Shown here in pieces: positions 1 to 7,413 of a DNA stretch of 20,465 nucleotides; position 1 is the stretch's first letter; every line of letters starts with the position of its first letter. Position numbers and translations under genes: made by a program. The stretch covers positions 1 through 20,465 of the forward strand of contig JBEKHC010000091.1 of the NCBI GenBank assembly GCA_050012475.1. Reading direction: 5' to 3'. The notes below the pieces were generated by a model. The model saw only the letters and a program-made list of their open reading frames with translations, did not search any database and had not been told where the DNA came from. This stretch comes from Candidatus Velthaea sp. Lineage in GTDB: Bacteria > Vulcanimicrobiota > Vulcanimicrobiia > Vulcanimicrobiales > Vulcanimicrobiaceae.

Positions 1-87
1 CTTGGCCTGGTAGCGTTCGCGCACAGCAGCGTAATTCGGAGTTTCGGCCGGCCCCAAACCCGAGGCCCGTTCGACCATTTTCGCCAC
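1..87 (-). CDS. N-terminal fragment of a CDS running off the left edge (MAKMVERASGLGPAETPNYAAVRERYQAK...), product unknown
   Basis: GTG at 87..85 with GGAGGA RBS (100..95) 7 nt upstream; 29 open codons to the edge; alternative in-frame ATG at 78. Too short to assign a product. Confidence 0.6.
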   Translation of the reverse strand, partial: MAKMVERASGLGPAETPNYAAVRERYQAK

Positions 88-446
88 GAATCGTTCCTCC
101 ACAGATGGGGAAGCCCGCCTCCAGTTCGCCCCCACTAGGCTGATCTCCCGAGGCGCCCGGGTGAAACGCGGAAAATCCGCACCTCAAAGCTCGAGCTTCC
201 GGAACCCGCCGCCTACGCCAAACCTTAACCGGCCGAACGCGGGGCACGGGCTCGTGAGACGCACTCTTTGGACCATGAATAACGTTACCGGATCGAACCT
301 GCTGGTTTTTTGCCACAGATGGGATCCGGACCCGGATCCGGCGGCCCGAGCAATCGAGCCGTCAAATTGTCGCGCGAACAGCCGACAATATCTCTAAGGG
401 CGCACCCGTACAGCGCGCCGACAAAAGTCCCAAAGAGGCAAAACAC

Positions 447-719
447 GTGAGCTCAATTTTCTCAATCACGACCGTTGCCGTTATCGTCGTTGCGACATTC
501 GTCGCCACAAGAGTCCTCGACAAACGCGCTGCTGAGAAGGCCGCCCGCGAGTCAACGCTCGCGCGGCACCAAGCGTATCACGACCCGCGTTTTCGCATAG
601 CCGCCTTGTGCCCGGAGTGCATTCACGACGCAAGTCACCGGACGATCGATCCCAACTGCCCGCATTGCGTCCAATTTTCGCCGGCCGCCGGGTCAAACAC
701 GGTGTCCGCCGCCGCCTAA
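447..719 (+). CDS. Small membrane-anchored protein with two CxxC motifs (putative Zn-binding)
   Basis: GAGG upstream of GTG; hydrophobic N-terminus IFSITTVAVIVVATFVA; CPEC...CPHC plus several His; stop overlaps the convergent gene's stop by 4 bp. Confidence 0.65.
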   Translation: MSSIFSITTVAVIVVATFVATRVLDKRAAEKAARESTLARHQAYHDPRFRIAALCPECIHDASHRTIDPNCPHCVQFSPAAGSNTVSAAA

Positions 720-1534
720 GCAGCGGGACGTCGGCCGGCCAAAAATCGCTCGCAGGCAGCGGCAAATTTCCCGAACGCGCTGCGTTGCAGCGTATGGCCT
801 TCGCCGACGAACACCTCGATCGTCACGTTCGGACCGCCGTGCTCGCGCACGAAAGCCAAGTCGGCAGGGAAGATCACCGAATCGCTCGGATCGGCCACCG
901 GCAAGTACAACGGCTTCGGGTAGTCGCGCAGCGCTTCGCGCAGATCCCACGTACCGGCGTCCGCGCCGTTTTCCGCGCCCAGCGCTTCGAGCGTTTCGAT
1001 GCGCATCGATTGCATCGCGTGCACCTTCGCGTCGATCTCGAGCGGTACGGCGCCGGCGAACAGCGCGCGAATCGCTGGGGCCCGCTCTGCCGGCGGTATC
1101 GCCAGCACGTCCCGCACATCGTCGACGAAATCCGCGGCCCACGCGCCCGGCGCCTGATGGATCATCGGATCGATCGCGACGACCCGTTCGCAGGCGATGC
1201 GCCGCCCGCCCAAAATCGCGACCGCCCCGCCCCACGAATGTCCGAGCAGCCCGCGAATGGGACCGTCGAGGCTCGCGGCAACCGCCGCGAGATCGGCCAG
1301 GCTTCGTTCGAGCGTCAGCGGTCCGCGCACGCCCGCCGAATCGCCGTGACCGCGCTGATCGTAGGCCACGACGCGATAGCTCGAGGCGAAATAATCGGCC
1401 GTCCGCATCCACATTTTGCGCGAACTGGTGATCCCGTGAACGCAGAGCAAGATCGGGCCGGTGCTGCCCCATTGCTCGACGGCGGTGACCGCGCCGTCGC
1501 CGAGCTGCACGTGCCGGGCTCCCGATGCGATCAC
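716..1534 (-). CDS. Alpha/beta fold hydrolase (esterase-like)
   Basis: Oxyanion motif VHGITSS, YDQRGHGDS, nucleophile elbow GHSWGG, C-terminal His (GEGHTL); ATGA overlap with upstream gene. Confidence 0.9.
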   Translation of the reverse strand: MIASGARHVQLGDGAVTAVEQWGSTGPILLCVHGITSSRKMWMRTADYFASSYRVVAYDQRGHGDSAGVRGPLTLERSLADLAAVAASLDGPIRGLLGHSWGGAVAILGGRRIACERVVAIDPMIHQAPGAWAADFVDDVRDVLAIPPAERAPAIRALFAGAVPLEIDAKVHAMQSMRIETLEALGAENGADAGTWDLREALRDYPKPLYLPVADPSDSVIFPADLAFVREHGGPNVTIEVFVGEGHTLQRSAFGKFAAACERFLAGRRPAA

Positions 1535-2418
1535 GCCGGCTGACGGCTCTTGAACGTGAGTTCCGAGATCCCTGATTTGTCGAGCTGACCCAAGCCGCGT
1601 TTGACCATCTCGTCGTATTGCGCTTTGGTCGCAGCCGCCAGCGGCAGATCGAGCCCTTCATCCCTGGCCAGCTGCAGCGCGATGCCCGAATCTTTGGCCG
1701 CGTGTTCGGCGCTGAAATACGCCTCGTGATCGTGCTTTTGCATGTCTTCGCCGTCGGTTTCGAGCACGCGCGAATTTGCGCCCGTTTGCGAGAAGACTTC
1801 ACGCAGCATCGTTAGATCCAAGTCGAGCGCATCGCATAAGCCCAGCGCCTCGGCCAGCCCCGCGGTGTTGATGTTCATGAGCATGTTGATGAGCGCCTTG
1901 ACTTGCGCGGCTTTCCCCGGACCGCCGACGAACTTGAGCGATACCGACATCTGTTCGAGGATCGGCTTGATCGCCTCGAACGCATCCTCGTCGTTGCCGC
2001 AGATAAGGTACAGCTTGCCGTCGCGCGCCTGCGGGATCGAACTCGCCATCAGCGTCTCGACCGTTCGCGCACCGGCCGCCGCCGCCCGTTCGGCGGCTTC
2101 GACGTGCACGGCCGGCGTAATCGTCGCGCAATTCACGAAGATCTTGCCCCGCGCACCGGTCAGCAGCGAGTCTCCGCTCGGCGCGAAAATCGTGCGCATC
2201 GCGTTGTCGTCGGTGACGACCGTGATGATGACGTCGGCGTTTGCCGTGACGTCGGCGAGCTTCGCACAGCCGGCAGCGCCCAGCTCTTTAGCCAGCTCGG
2301 CGACTCGGTCCGGGGCGACATCGTACACTGCGGTGATCGGATATCCGACATCCTTGAGATGCCGGGCAATGTTGGCACCCATCCGGCCGATGCCCACGAC
2401 CCCAATGCGTTCTTTCAT
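1531..2418 (-). CDS. NAD(P)-dependent oxidoreductase, beta-hydroxyacid dehydrogenase (3-hydroxyisobutyrate dehydrogenase/GarR-like) family
   Basis: GVVGIGRMG Rossmann motif, catalytic Lys region GKAAQVKALIN, KDSGIA motif; GGGGGAG RBS. Confidence 0.9.
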   Translation of the reverse strand: MKERIGVVGIGRMGANIARHLKDVGYPITAVYDVAPDRVAELAKELGAAGCAKLADVTANADVIITVVTDDNAMRTIFAPSGDSLLTGARGKIFVNCATITPAVHVEAAERAAAAGARTVETLMASSIPQARDGKLYLICGNDEDAFEAIKPILEQMSVSLKFVGGPGKAAQVKALINMLMNINTAGLAEALGLCDALDLDLTMLREVFSQTGANSRVLETDGEDMQKHDHEAYFSAEHAAKDSGIALQLARDEGLDLPLAAATKAQYDEMVKRGLGQLDKSGISELTFKSRQPA

Positions 2419-2481
2419 CTCTCCCCCAAAGAAGCGTTCGCGATTGCCGGCGGTCCGCCGGTCTCGAAAACGGCGCGAGCT

Positions 2482-2916
2482 TTATTTCAGGTGCTGACGG
2501 GCGGCATGCGTGCCGTCGACGAGCGCCGGCCGCATCGCTGTGGCGAGCTCGTCGAGCCCGACACAGATCGCGTCGTAGTCGCCTTTGTAGCCGATGTCGT
2601 ACGGGCCGGAAATCTTGCCCGTCGCGACGTCGACGACGCTGGCGTTCGCCGTCCAAATCATCGCCATGTGACGCGTCGCCGAACTGAAGACGACCCGCGA
2701 CAGATGGCGGGCTTCGCCGACCTGCCGCGCGCACGCAGCGTCGCTGCAGGTGACCGCGACGTAGCGCGCCGGCGTACCGGCTGCGCGCAGGTCGTGCGCG
2801 AGCCGGCTGCCGAGTGCTCGCAGCTCCGGGGACGTCGGCGTTACGGCGTAATCCAGCCCCGGATCGCCCGGAGCGAAGGTGAGAACGCCGACGATGAGAC
2901 CCACAACGGCGAGCAT
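2482..2916 (-). CDS. DUF3280/DUF2380-like protein
   Basis: Pattern CSDAACARQVG...VVFSSATRHMAMIWTANASVVDVATGKI...DIGYKGD resembles my recollection of DUF3280/DUF2380; 13 bp downstream of the cytochrome c. Confidence 0.6.
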   Translation of the reverse strand: MLAVVGLIVGVLTFAPGDPGLDYAVTPTSPELRALGSRLAHDLRAAGTPARYVAVTCSDAACARQVGEARHLSRVVFSSATRHMAMIWTANASVVDVATGKISGPYDIGYKGDYDAICVGLDELATAMRPALVDGTHAARQHLK

Positions 2917-2929
2917 GTTGGTGATCCGC

Positions 2930-3355
2930 TTATTTCAATGATTGCACGACAGTCGGCGACTTCAACGCACCGTCGTAGGTCAACGCTTTGCCGGCCTTGT
3001 AGCCGTTGAAGTGCAGAATGTACGCCATGATCGAGACATACTGGTCGTGCGTCAAGCTGGCCGGCTCGTTGAGCGGCATCTGCTGCGAGATGAATGTGAA
3101 CATGTCGCCCACGGTCAGTTTCGTATTCTTGGCCAGCGTGTTGAGCGTTGCCCCGGTGAGCGCCGGCCCGGCGCCGCCTTCGAGATGTTCACCGTGGCAG
3201 GCCGAGCATTTCGCTGCGAAGAGTTTGTCACCGGCAGCGGCTTGCGCGGCACTATAGCTGACGCTCGATGGCGGCGTCCCCGACGCCGCCATCGAGCCCA
3301 GGCCGATCGCGATTGCGGCCACGATGGGCCAAGTTCCCGAGACTCTTCCGGTCAT
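2930..3355 (-). CDS. Exported class I monohaem cytochrome c (probable electron acceptor of the PQQ dehydrogenase)
   Basis: Hydrophobic signal-like N-terminus, CSACH haem motif, GPAL, candidate axial Met in QQMPL; AAGGA RBS. Confidence 0.9.
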   Translation of the reverse strand: MTGRVSGTWPIVAAIAIGLGSMAASGTPPSSVSYSAAQAAAGDKLFAAKCSACHGEHLEGGAGPALTGATLNTLAKNTKLTVGDMFTFISQQMPLNEPASLTHDQYVSIMAYILHFNGYKAGKALTYDGALKSPTVVQSLK

Positions 3356-3386
3356 TCCTTGCTTTCCGTAACTGTCTGGTAGCGGT

Positions 3387-3845
3387 TTACTTGGTCGTCT
3401 GCGCGTGCAGTTCGTCCAAGTCTTCGAGCATGTTGAGGGTTACGGCATCCTTGATGCCGGCGTCTTTGAGTCCGCTTGCCGCACGCATCTGCGCGGCGAG
3501 TTCGTCGGAATGATGGTACCCGCGCACGGCCGCATTGTGTTTCTCGATCGTCGCGGCCGGAATGTTTCCGCCGTTCTTTTCCAAGACCCAGGCCTCGAAT
3601 TGCACGTATGTCGGCTTGCGCTCGGTCACGAAGGCGATGACCTCGTCGCGCTTGAGATTCAAGCCATCGATCGTCATTTGATCGAAGCCCGCACCCGCAG
3701 AGTCATAGCCATCCTGCAGTTTTCCCGCCGCCGCCAAGGTCAGTTTCGTCCAAAGTCGCGGCAGATGAATGGCACCCAACGGCCCGGCAGTGCCTGAGCT
3801 GATCAGCGGAACGGTCTTCGTGCTGCTGGTTACGCTGCTGGTCAT
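3387..3845 (-). CDS. DUF5069-like cytoplasmic protein
   Basis: GPLGAIHLPRLWTKLTLAAAGKL...GY...GFD...FEAWV...LDE pattern recalled for DUF5069; strong GGAGGGG RBS; no signal peptide. Confidence 0.7.
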   Translation of the reverse strand: MTSSVTSSTKTVPLISSGTAGPLGAIHLPRLWTKLTLAAAGKLQDGYDSAGAGFDQMTIDGLNLKRDEVIAFVTERKPTYVQFEAWVLEKNGGNIPAATIEKHNAAVRGYHHSDELAAQMRAASGLKDAGIKDAVTLNMLEDLDELHAQTTK

Positions 3846-3897
3846 AATGCTTATTTCCCCTCCAAGGTTGTGTGAAGTGACGCCGGAATCGGCGCGG

Positions 3898-4713
3898 TTA
3901 TCCGGGACTTTCGGGCTTGTAAAGCTTGACGCCGTACCGGGTCAGGATCGCCGTCAAGTCGGGTTTGTTGCGTGAAATGACCGAGTTGAGTTGAGCAGCG
4001 AGCGCGGTGTTGCCTTTCTTCACCCCCATCGCCATTGGAAACGCATACTGCTCGGGTGAACCCAGCGAGCGCGTGTTTGGGACGGTAACGACCGCCACGT
4101 CGGGACGTTTCTGGAGATAGTAGCCGATCGCGGGCTCCCAGGTGATGCCCACGGCGATCTTGCCCGCCTGCAACGCGTCGAGCATCTCTTCGGGCGACGC
4201 CCCTTCGGTGTCGCCGACATCGAACACCGTCGAATGCAGAATGAGCGCGCGCATCTGCAAACCCGTCTGCGCGGGCGTGTCCGCCTCGAATCCGATGCGC
4301 AGTTTTTTGAGCACCGGTGAATCGAGCGACGAGATCGGATAGTTCTTGCTCTTGGGATAGATGAAGACGTACGACGAGATATAGTAGGGGTCGGTCGCCG
4401 TAACGTTTTCACTCGCGTACGGGACGTTGACGACGACGTCGCACTTGCCCGTATTGAGATAATCGTGGATGAACTGATCGTAGCCGCCGCTGCCGCGCAT
4501 CGACGCCCACGTGTACTGCACGGACGTCCCCAGCCGATGCGCAACCTGCTCGGCGATCTTGTTCTCGAAGCCCTGGCCGGCGCGATTCGAGAACGGCATG
4601 TAATCGGGGTCGGCGCAGACGCGCAATGGTGCCAGCGCGTGAGCCGGAAGGCTCGGGGTGAAGAGGAGCGTCGCGGCGGTGAACGCCGCCGCGACGCCGG
4701 AACGCCAACGCAT
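3898..4713 (-). CDS. xoxJ: MxaJ/XoxJ-family periplasmic substrate-binding protein
   Basis: True start is ATG 4713 (TGATG overlap with the xoxF stop), not 5085; signal peptide ...PAHA; LRVCADPDYMPFSN...GFENKIA, PYYISSYVF, MGVKKG motifs. Confidence 0.9.
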   Translation of the reverse strand: MRWRSGVAAAFTAATLLFTPSLPAHALAPLRVCADPDYMPFSNRAGQGFENKIAEQVAHRLGTSVQYTWASMRGSGGYDQFIHDYLNTGKCDVVVNVPYASENVTATDPYYISSYVFIYPKSKNYPISSLDSPVLKKLRIGFEADTPAQTGLQMRALILHSTVFDVGDTEGASPEEMLDALQAGKIAVGITWEPAIGYYLQKRPDVAVVTVPNTRSLGSPEQYAFPMAMGVKKGNTALAAQLNSVISRNKPDLTAILTRYGVKLYKPESPG

Positions 4714-6485
4714 CAGAGCGAGAAGACCAACAAGTCGCCGCCGAGTTGCGTGTAGCTCGCCAAGTCCTGCGCCGCGTTGACGGCTCCCAGACCGGCAGTG
4801 GGTTCGGTCAAGCCCGCCGCGAGCCCAAGCGCGGCCCAGCCGCCGACGCCCGAGAGGATCGCGACATACTGATGACCGGCATGCGTGTAGGTGATCGGGT
4901 TGCCGATGATACCCGACGGGGTGTGGAAGCGCCACAGTTCTTTGCCGTCTTTGGTGTTGATGGCTTTGAACCAGCCGTCCATCGTGCCGTAGAACGCGAC
5001 GCCGCCCTTGGTGGAAAGCGTCCCGCCCCAAGCCGGGAACAACTCGTGATCGCTCCAAACGATCTTGCCGTTGATCGGATCCCACGCTTCGACTGCACCG
5101 CGATAGTTGCCCGGACCCGGATACATCTTCACGATGGCGCCGACGAACGGGAACCCGCCTTTGTACTTCACGGCGAAGGCTTTGTAGTCCATGCAGTTGT
5201 GGTTGGTCGGGACGATGAAATAGCCGGTCGTTTCATCAAACGATGCAGGCTGCTGATCCTTGCTGCCCATGGCAGCGGGGCAGATGCCATGTACGTTGAC
5301 GCCGGCCTTGGTGCCGTATTTGGGATCGAGAACCGGCCGGCCGGTTGTCATGCTGATGCTCGTCGCCCAATTGACGTCGTTATCGAACTTATGCGCCAAG
5401 AGCAGCTTGCCGTTGCGGCGGTCCAGTTCGTAGGCGAAACCGTTGCGGTCGAAGTGCACCAGTGCCGGAATCGTTTCGCCGTTCATGTTGAGATCGACGA
5501 GAATCATCTCGTTGATGCCGTCATAGTCCCACGCGTCGTGCGGCGTCATTTGATAGGCCCACTTCGCCGCACCGGTGTTGGCGTCGCGCGCGAAGATGGT
5601 CATCGACCATTTGTTGTCGCCCGGCCGCTGGGTCGGATTCCACGTTCCCGGATTCCCCGTGCCGTAGTAAATCAGGTTGAGTTTGGGATCGTACGAATAC
5701 CAGCCCCAGGTCGTGCCGCCGCCGACTTTCCAGGCGTCGCCTTGCCAGGTCGAAACACCGGCATTCTTGGGTCCGTTGAATCCGGCCGGGATCAAAGTTT
5801 CGCTGTCCGGACCCGCGCTGTACGCGCGCCAGACGCGCTTCCCGGTCGAGAGGTTGAGCGCCGTCAAGTAGCCGCGCACGCCGTATTCGCCGCCCGACAC
5901 GCCGACGATGACTTTGTCATTGACGACCAGCGGGGCGGACGTTACCGTCTGCCCGAGTTCGGGATTCGCGTTCTTGGTGTTCCAAATCGGCTTTCCCGAC
6001 GCAGCGCTCAGCGCGATGATCTGGCCGTCGAGCGCGTCGACGATGATCTTCCCGTCGCCGTAGGCGACGCCGCGGTTCACCAGGTCACAGCACGCAACCG
6101 AGGTGGCGAAGGGGTCTTGTTTCGGCGTGAACTGCCACTTGATGTGATAGTCCGACAGATCGATCGCATACACGTGGTTGGGGTAGGCGCTCTCGAAATA
6201 CATCGTGTCGCCGATGACGAGCGGCTGGCCTTCGTGCCCGCGCGTCGCACCGGTCGACATCGTCCAAGCCGCCTTGAGGTTGGCTACGTTGTCGGTTTTG
6301 ATCTCATCGAGTTCGCTGAAGCGCAGATTAGCGTAGTTCTGGCTGGGCATCACCCATTGGCCGGCATTCGACGACATGTCGTTGAGCGCGACCTTCTGCT
6401 GTGCCACGACCCGCTGCGCCAAACCGCCGCCGCCGAGCACGAGAACGGCGGCCGCGATGCCGATGGCTAGAGCTTTTCGCTTCAT
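4713..6485 (-). CDS. xoxF: PQQ-dependent methanol/ethanol-family dehydrogenase, lanthanide-dependent XoxF type
   Basis: Start at ATG 6485 (MKRKALAIG signal peptide, 590 aa); RGHEGQPL, vicinal CCD, GGEYGVRG, GTGNPG, WDYDGINE with the extra Ln-binding Asp. Confidence 0.92.
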   Translation of the reverse strand: MKRKALAIGIAAAVLVLGGGGLAQRVVAQQKVALNDMSSNAGQWVMPSQNYANLRFSELDEIKTDNVANLKAAWTMSTGATRGHEGQPLVIGDTMYFESAYPNHVYAIDLSDYHIKWQFTPKQDPFATSVACCDLVNRGVAYGDGKIIVDALDGQIIALSAASGKPIWNTKNANPELGQTVTSAPLVVNDKVIVGVSGGEYGVRGYLTALNLSTGKRVWRAYSAGPDSETLIPAGFNGPKNAGVSTWQGDAWKVGGGTTWGWYSYDPKLNLIYYGTGNPGTWNPTQRPGDNKWSMTIFARDANTGAAKWAYQMTPHDAWDYDGINEMILVDLNMNGETIPALVHFDRNGFAYELDRRNGKLLLAHKFDNDVNWATSISMTTGRPVLDPKYGTKAGVNVHGICPAAMGSKDQQPASFDETTGYFIVPTNHNCMDYKAFAVKYKGGFPFVGAIVKMYPGPGNYRGAVEAWDPINGKIVWSDHELFPAWGGTLSTKGGVAFYGTMDGWFKAINTKDGKELWRFHTPSGIIGNPITYTHAGHQYVAILSGVGGWAALGLAAGLTEPTAGLGAVNAAQDLASYTQLGGDLLVFSL

Positions 6486-6571
6486 GAAAATACCCCGTAT
6501 GTCCGGCGGGCTAAGAAAAGTCCGCTGACTGAAGGTAGTCGCGGATGAGATTTGCAGCAAGTCGACCGTTC

Positions 6572-6600
6572 AGTGTAGGTGCAAAATGCCTTTACAAGAA
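6572..6600 (-). promoter_or_regulatory. Possible xoxF promoter: -10 TACACT with weak -35 TTCTTG
   Basis: TACACT (6577..6572) 17 bp from TTCTTG (6600..6595) in the AT-richer divergent intergenic region. Confidence 0.3.
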
Positions 6601-6680
6601 AACCAAGCAAAGTTGAAAGTTTGTTCCCGCTTCGGCTGTCAAGCCACCACCCGTCCTCCGGCGTCTTAAGGCGAGAATAC

Positions 6681-7346
6681 ATGCAACCATCAACGGTGTC
6701 GTCGTCCGGGCTGGCGACGATCCACCTGGCAATCGTGGCAGAAAACAACGTCACGCGCGAGGCGCTCACGGCGGTCTTGCGCGAGGACCCGGAGATCGCC
6801 GTCATGGGATCGGCATCCGACATCACGGGCGCGGAGGCATTTCTCGAACGGCCGGAACTGCAAGTCATGCTCGTCAACATGAGTCTGGGCGCGGAGGGCC
6901 GGCCGGCGACCGGACTGGAGCTCATCGAGCGATGTAAAGCGCGCCGGCCGGATGTCGGCGTGCTGTCGCTCAAGCACGTCATCGATGAATCGCTGCTGCG
7001 CGCTGCACTCGTCGCCGGCGCCGACGCGTGCTGTCTGGCGACGACGCCCCAAGCTCGTCTCCTCAAGGCCATCAAAGCGGTCGCCGAGGGCGCGACGTGG
7101 CTGGACCCGGAGATTTCGCGCGTTCTGCTGCATCCGCGCGAGCTACCTGCCGCTCCGCACCTTTCGCCGCGCGAACGGGCAATTTTGCGGCTGATCGTCG
7201 ACGGTTATTCGAACGGCGAAATCGCCGGCCGCCTCGACTGCGCGACGGCGACGGTGCACACGCACGTCCTCAATCTGTTCCGAAAGTTAGGCGTGCACGA
7301 TCGGGTCAGTGCCGCCGTGTCAGCGCTGCGCTGCGGTCTGGTTTAA
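6681..7346 (+). CDS. NarL/LuxR-family response regulator with degenerate (aspartate-less) receiver domain
   Basis: ATG 6681, 221 aa; HTH LSPRERAILRLIVDGYSNGEIAGRL...TVHTHVLNLFRKLGVHDR; REC-like N-terminus. Confidence 0.9.
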   Translation: MQPSTVSSSGLATIHLAIVAENNVTREALTAVLREDPEIAVMGSASDITGAEAFLERPELQVMLVNMSLGAEGRPATGLELIERCKARRPDVGVLSLKHVIDESLLRAALVAGADACCLATTPQARLLKAIKAVAEGATWLDPEISRVLLHPRELPAAPHLSPRERAILRLIVDGYSNGEIAGRLDCATATVHTHVLNLFRKLGVHDRVSAAVSALRCGLV

Positions 7347-7413
7347 CCGAATCGGTCGACGGCGTTCGGACCGCCGGGCTCGATGCGCCGAGCAGCGCGA
7401 TCGCGAACGGCCC

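Noticed and set aside
1..87. Resemblance of NYAAVRERYQAK to class II ribonucleotide reductase N-termini, and of the CCCATCTGTGG repeat to NrdR boxes
   Set aside because: Only 29 aa visible; the box match is weak and the 214-bp spacing is atypical
161..397. 78-aa plus-strand ORF
   Set aside because: No RBS or recognisable motif; lies in a probable divergent regulatory region
88..446. Possible riboswitch (cobalamin, c-di-GMP) in the long intergenic region
   Set aside because: No conserved core motifs recognised on either strand; an Rfam scan would be needed
4714..5085. N-terminal extension of XoxJ in the ORF track (apparent overlap or fusion)
   Set aside because: A signal peptide begins at ATG 4713 with a TGATG coupling; the extension is an alternative frame of xoxF
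4746..6470. 574-aa antisense ORF, and similar long shadow ORFs such as 1903..3009, 8778..9956 and 10533..11741
   Set aside because: Expected in high-GC coding DNA; overlap well-supported genes; no motifs
6637..6642. Perfect minus-strand TTGACA upstream of xoxF
   Set aside because: No acceptable -10 at 16-18 bp spacing
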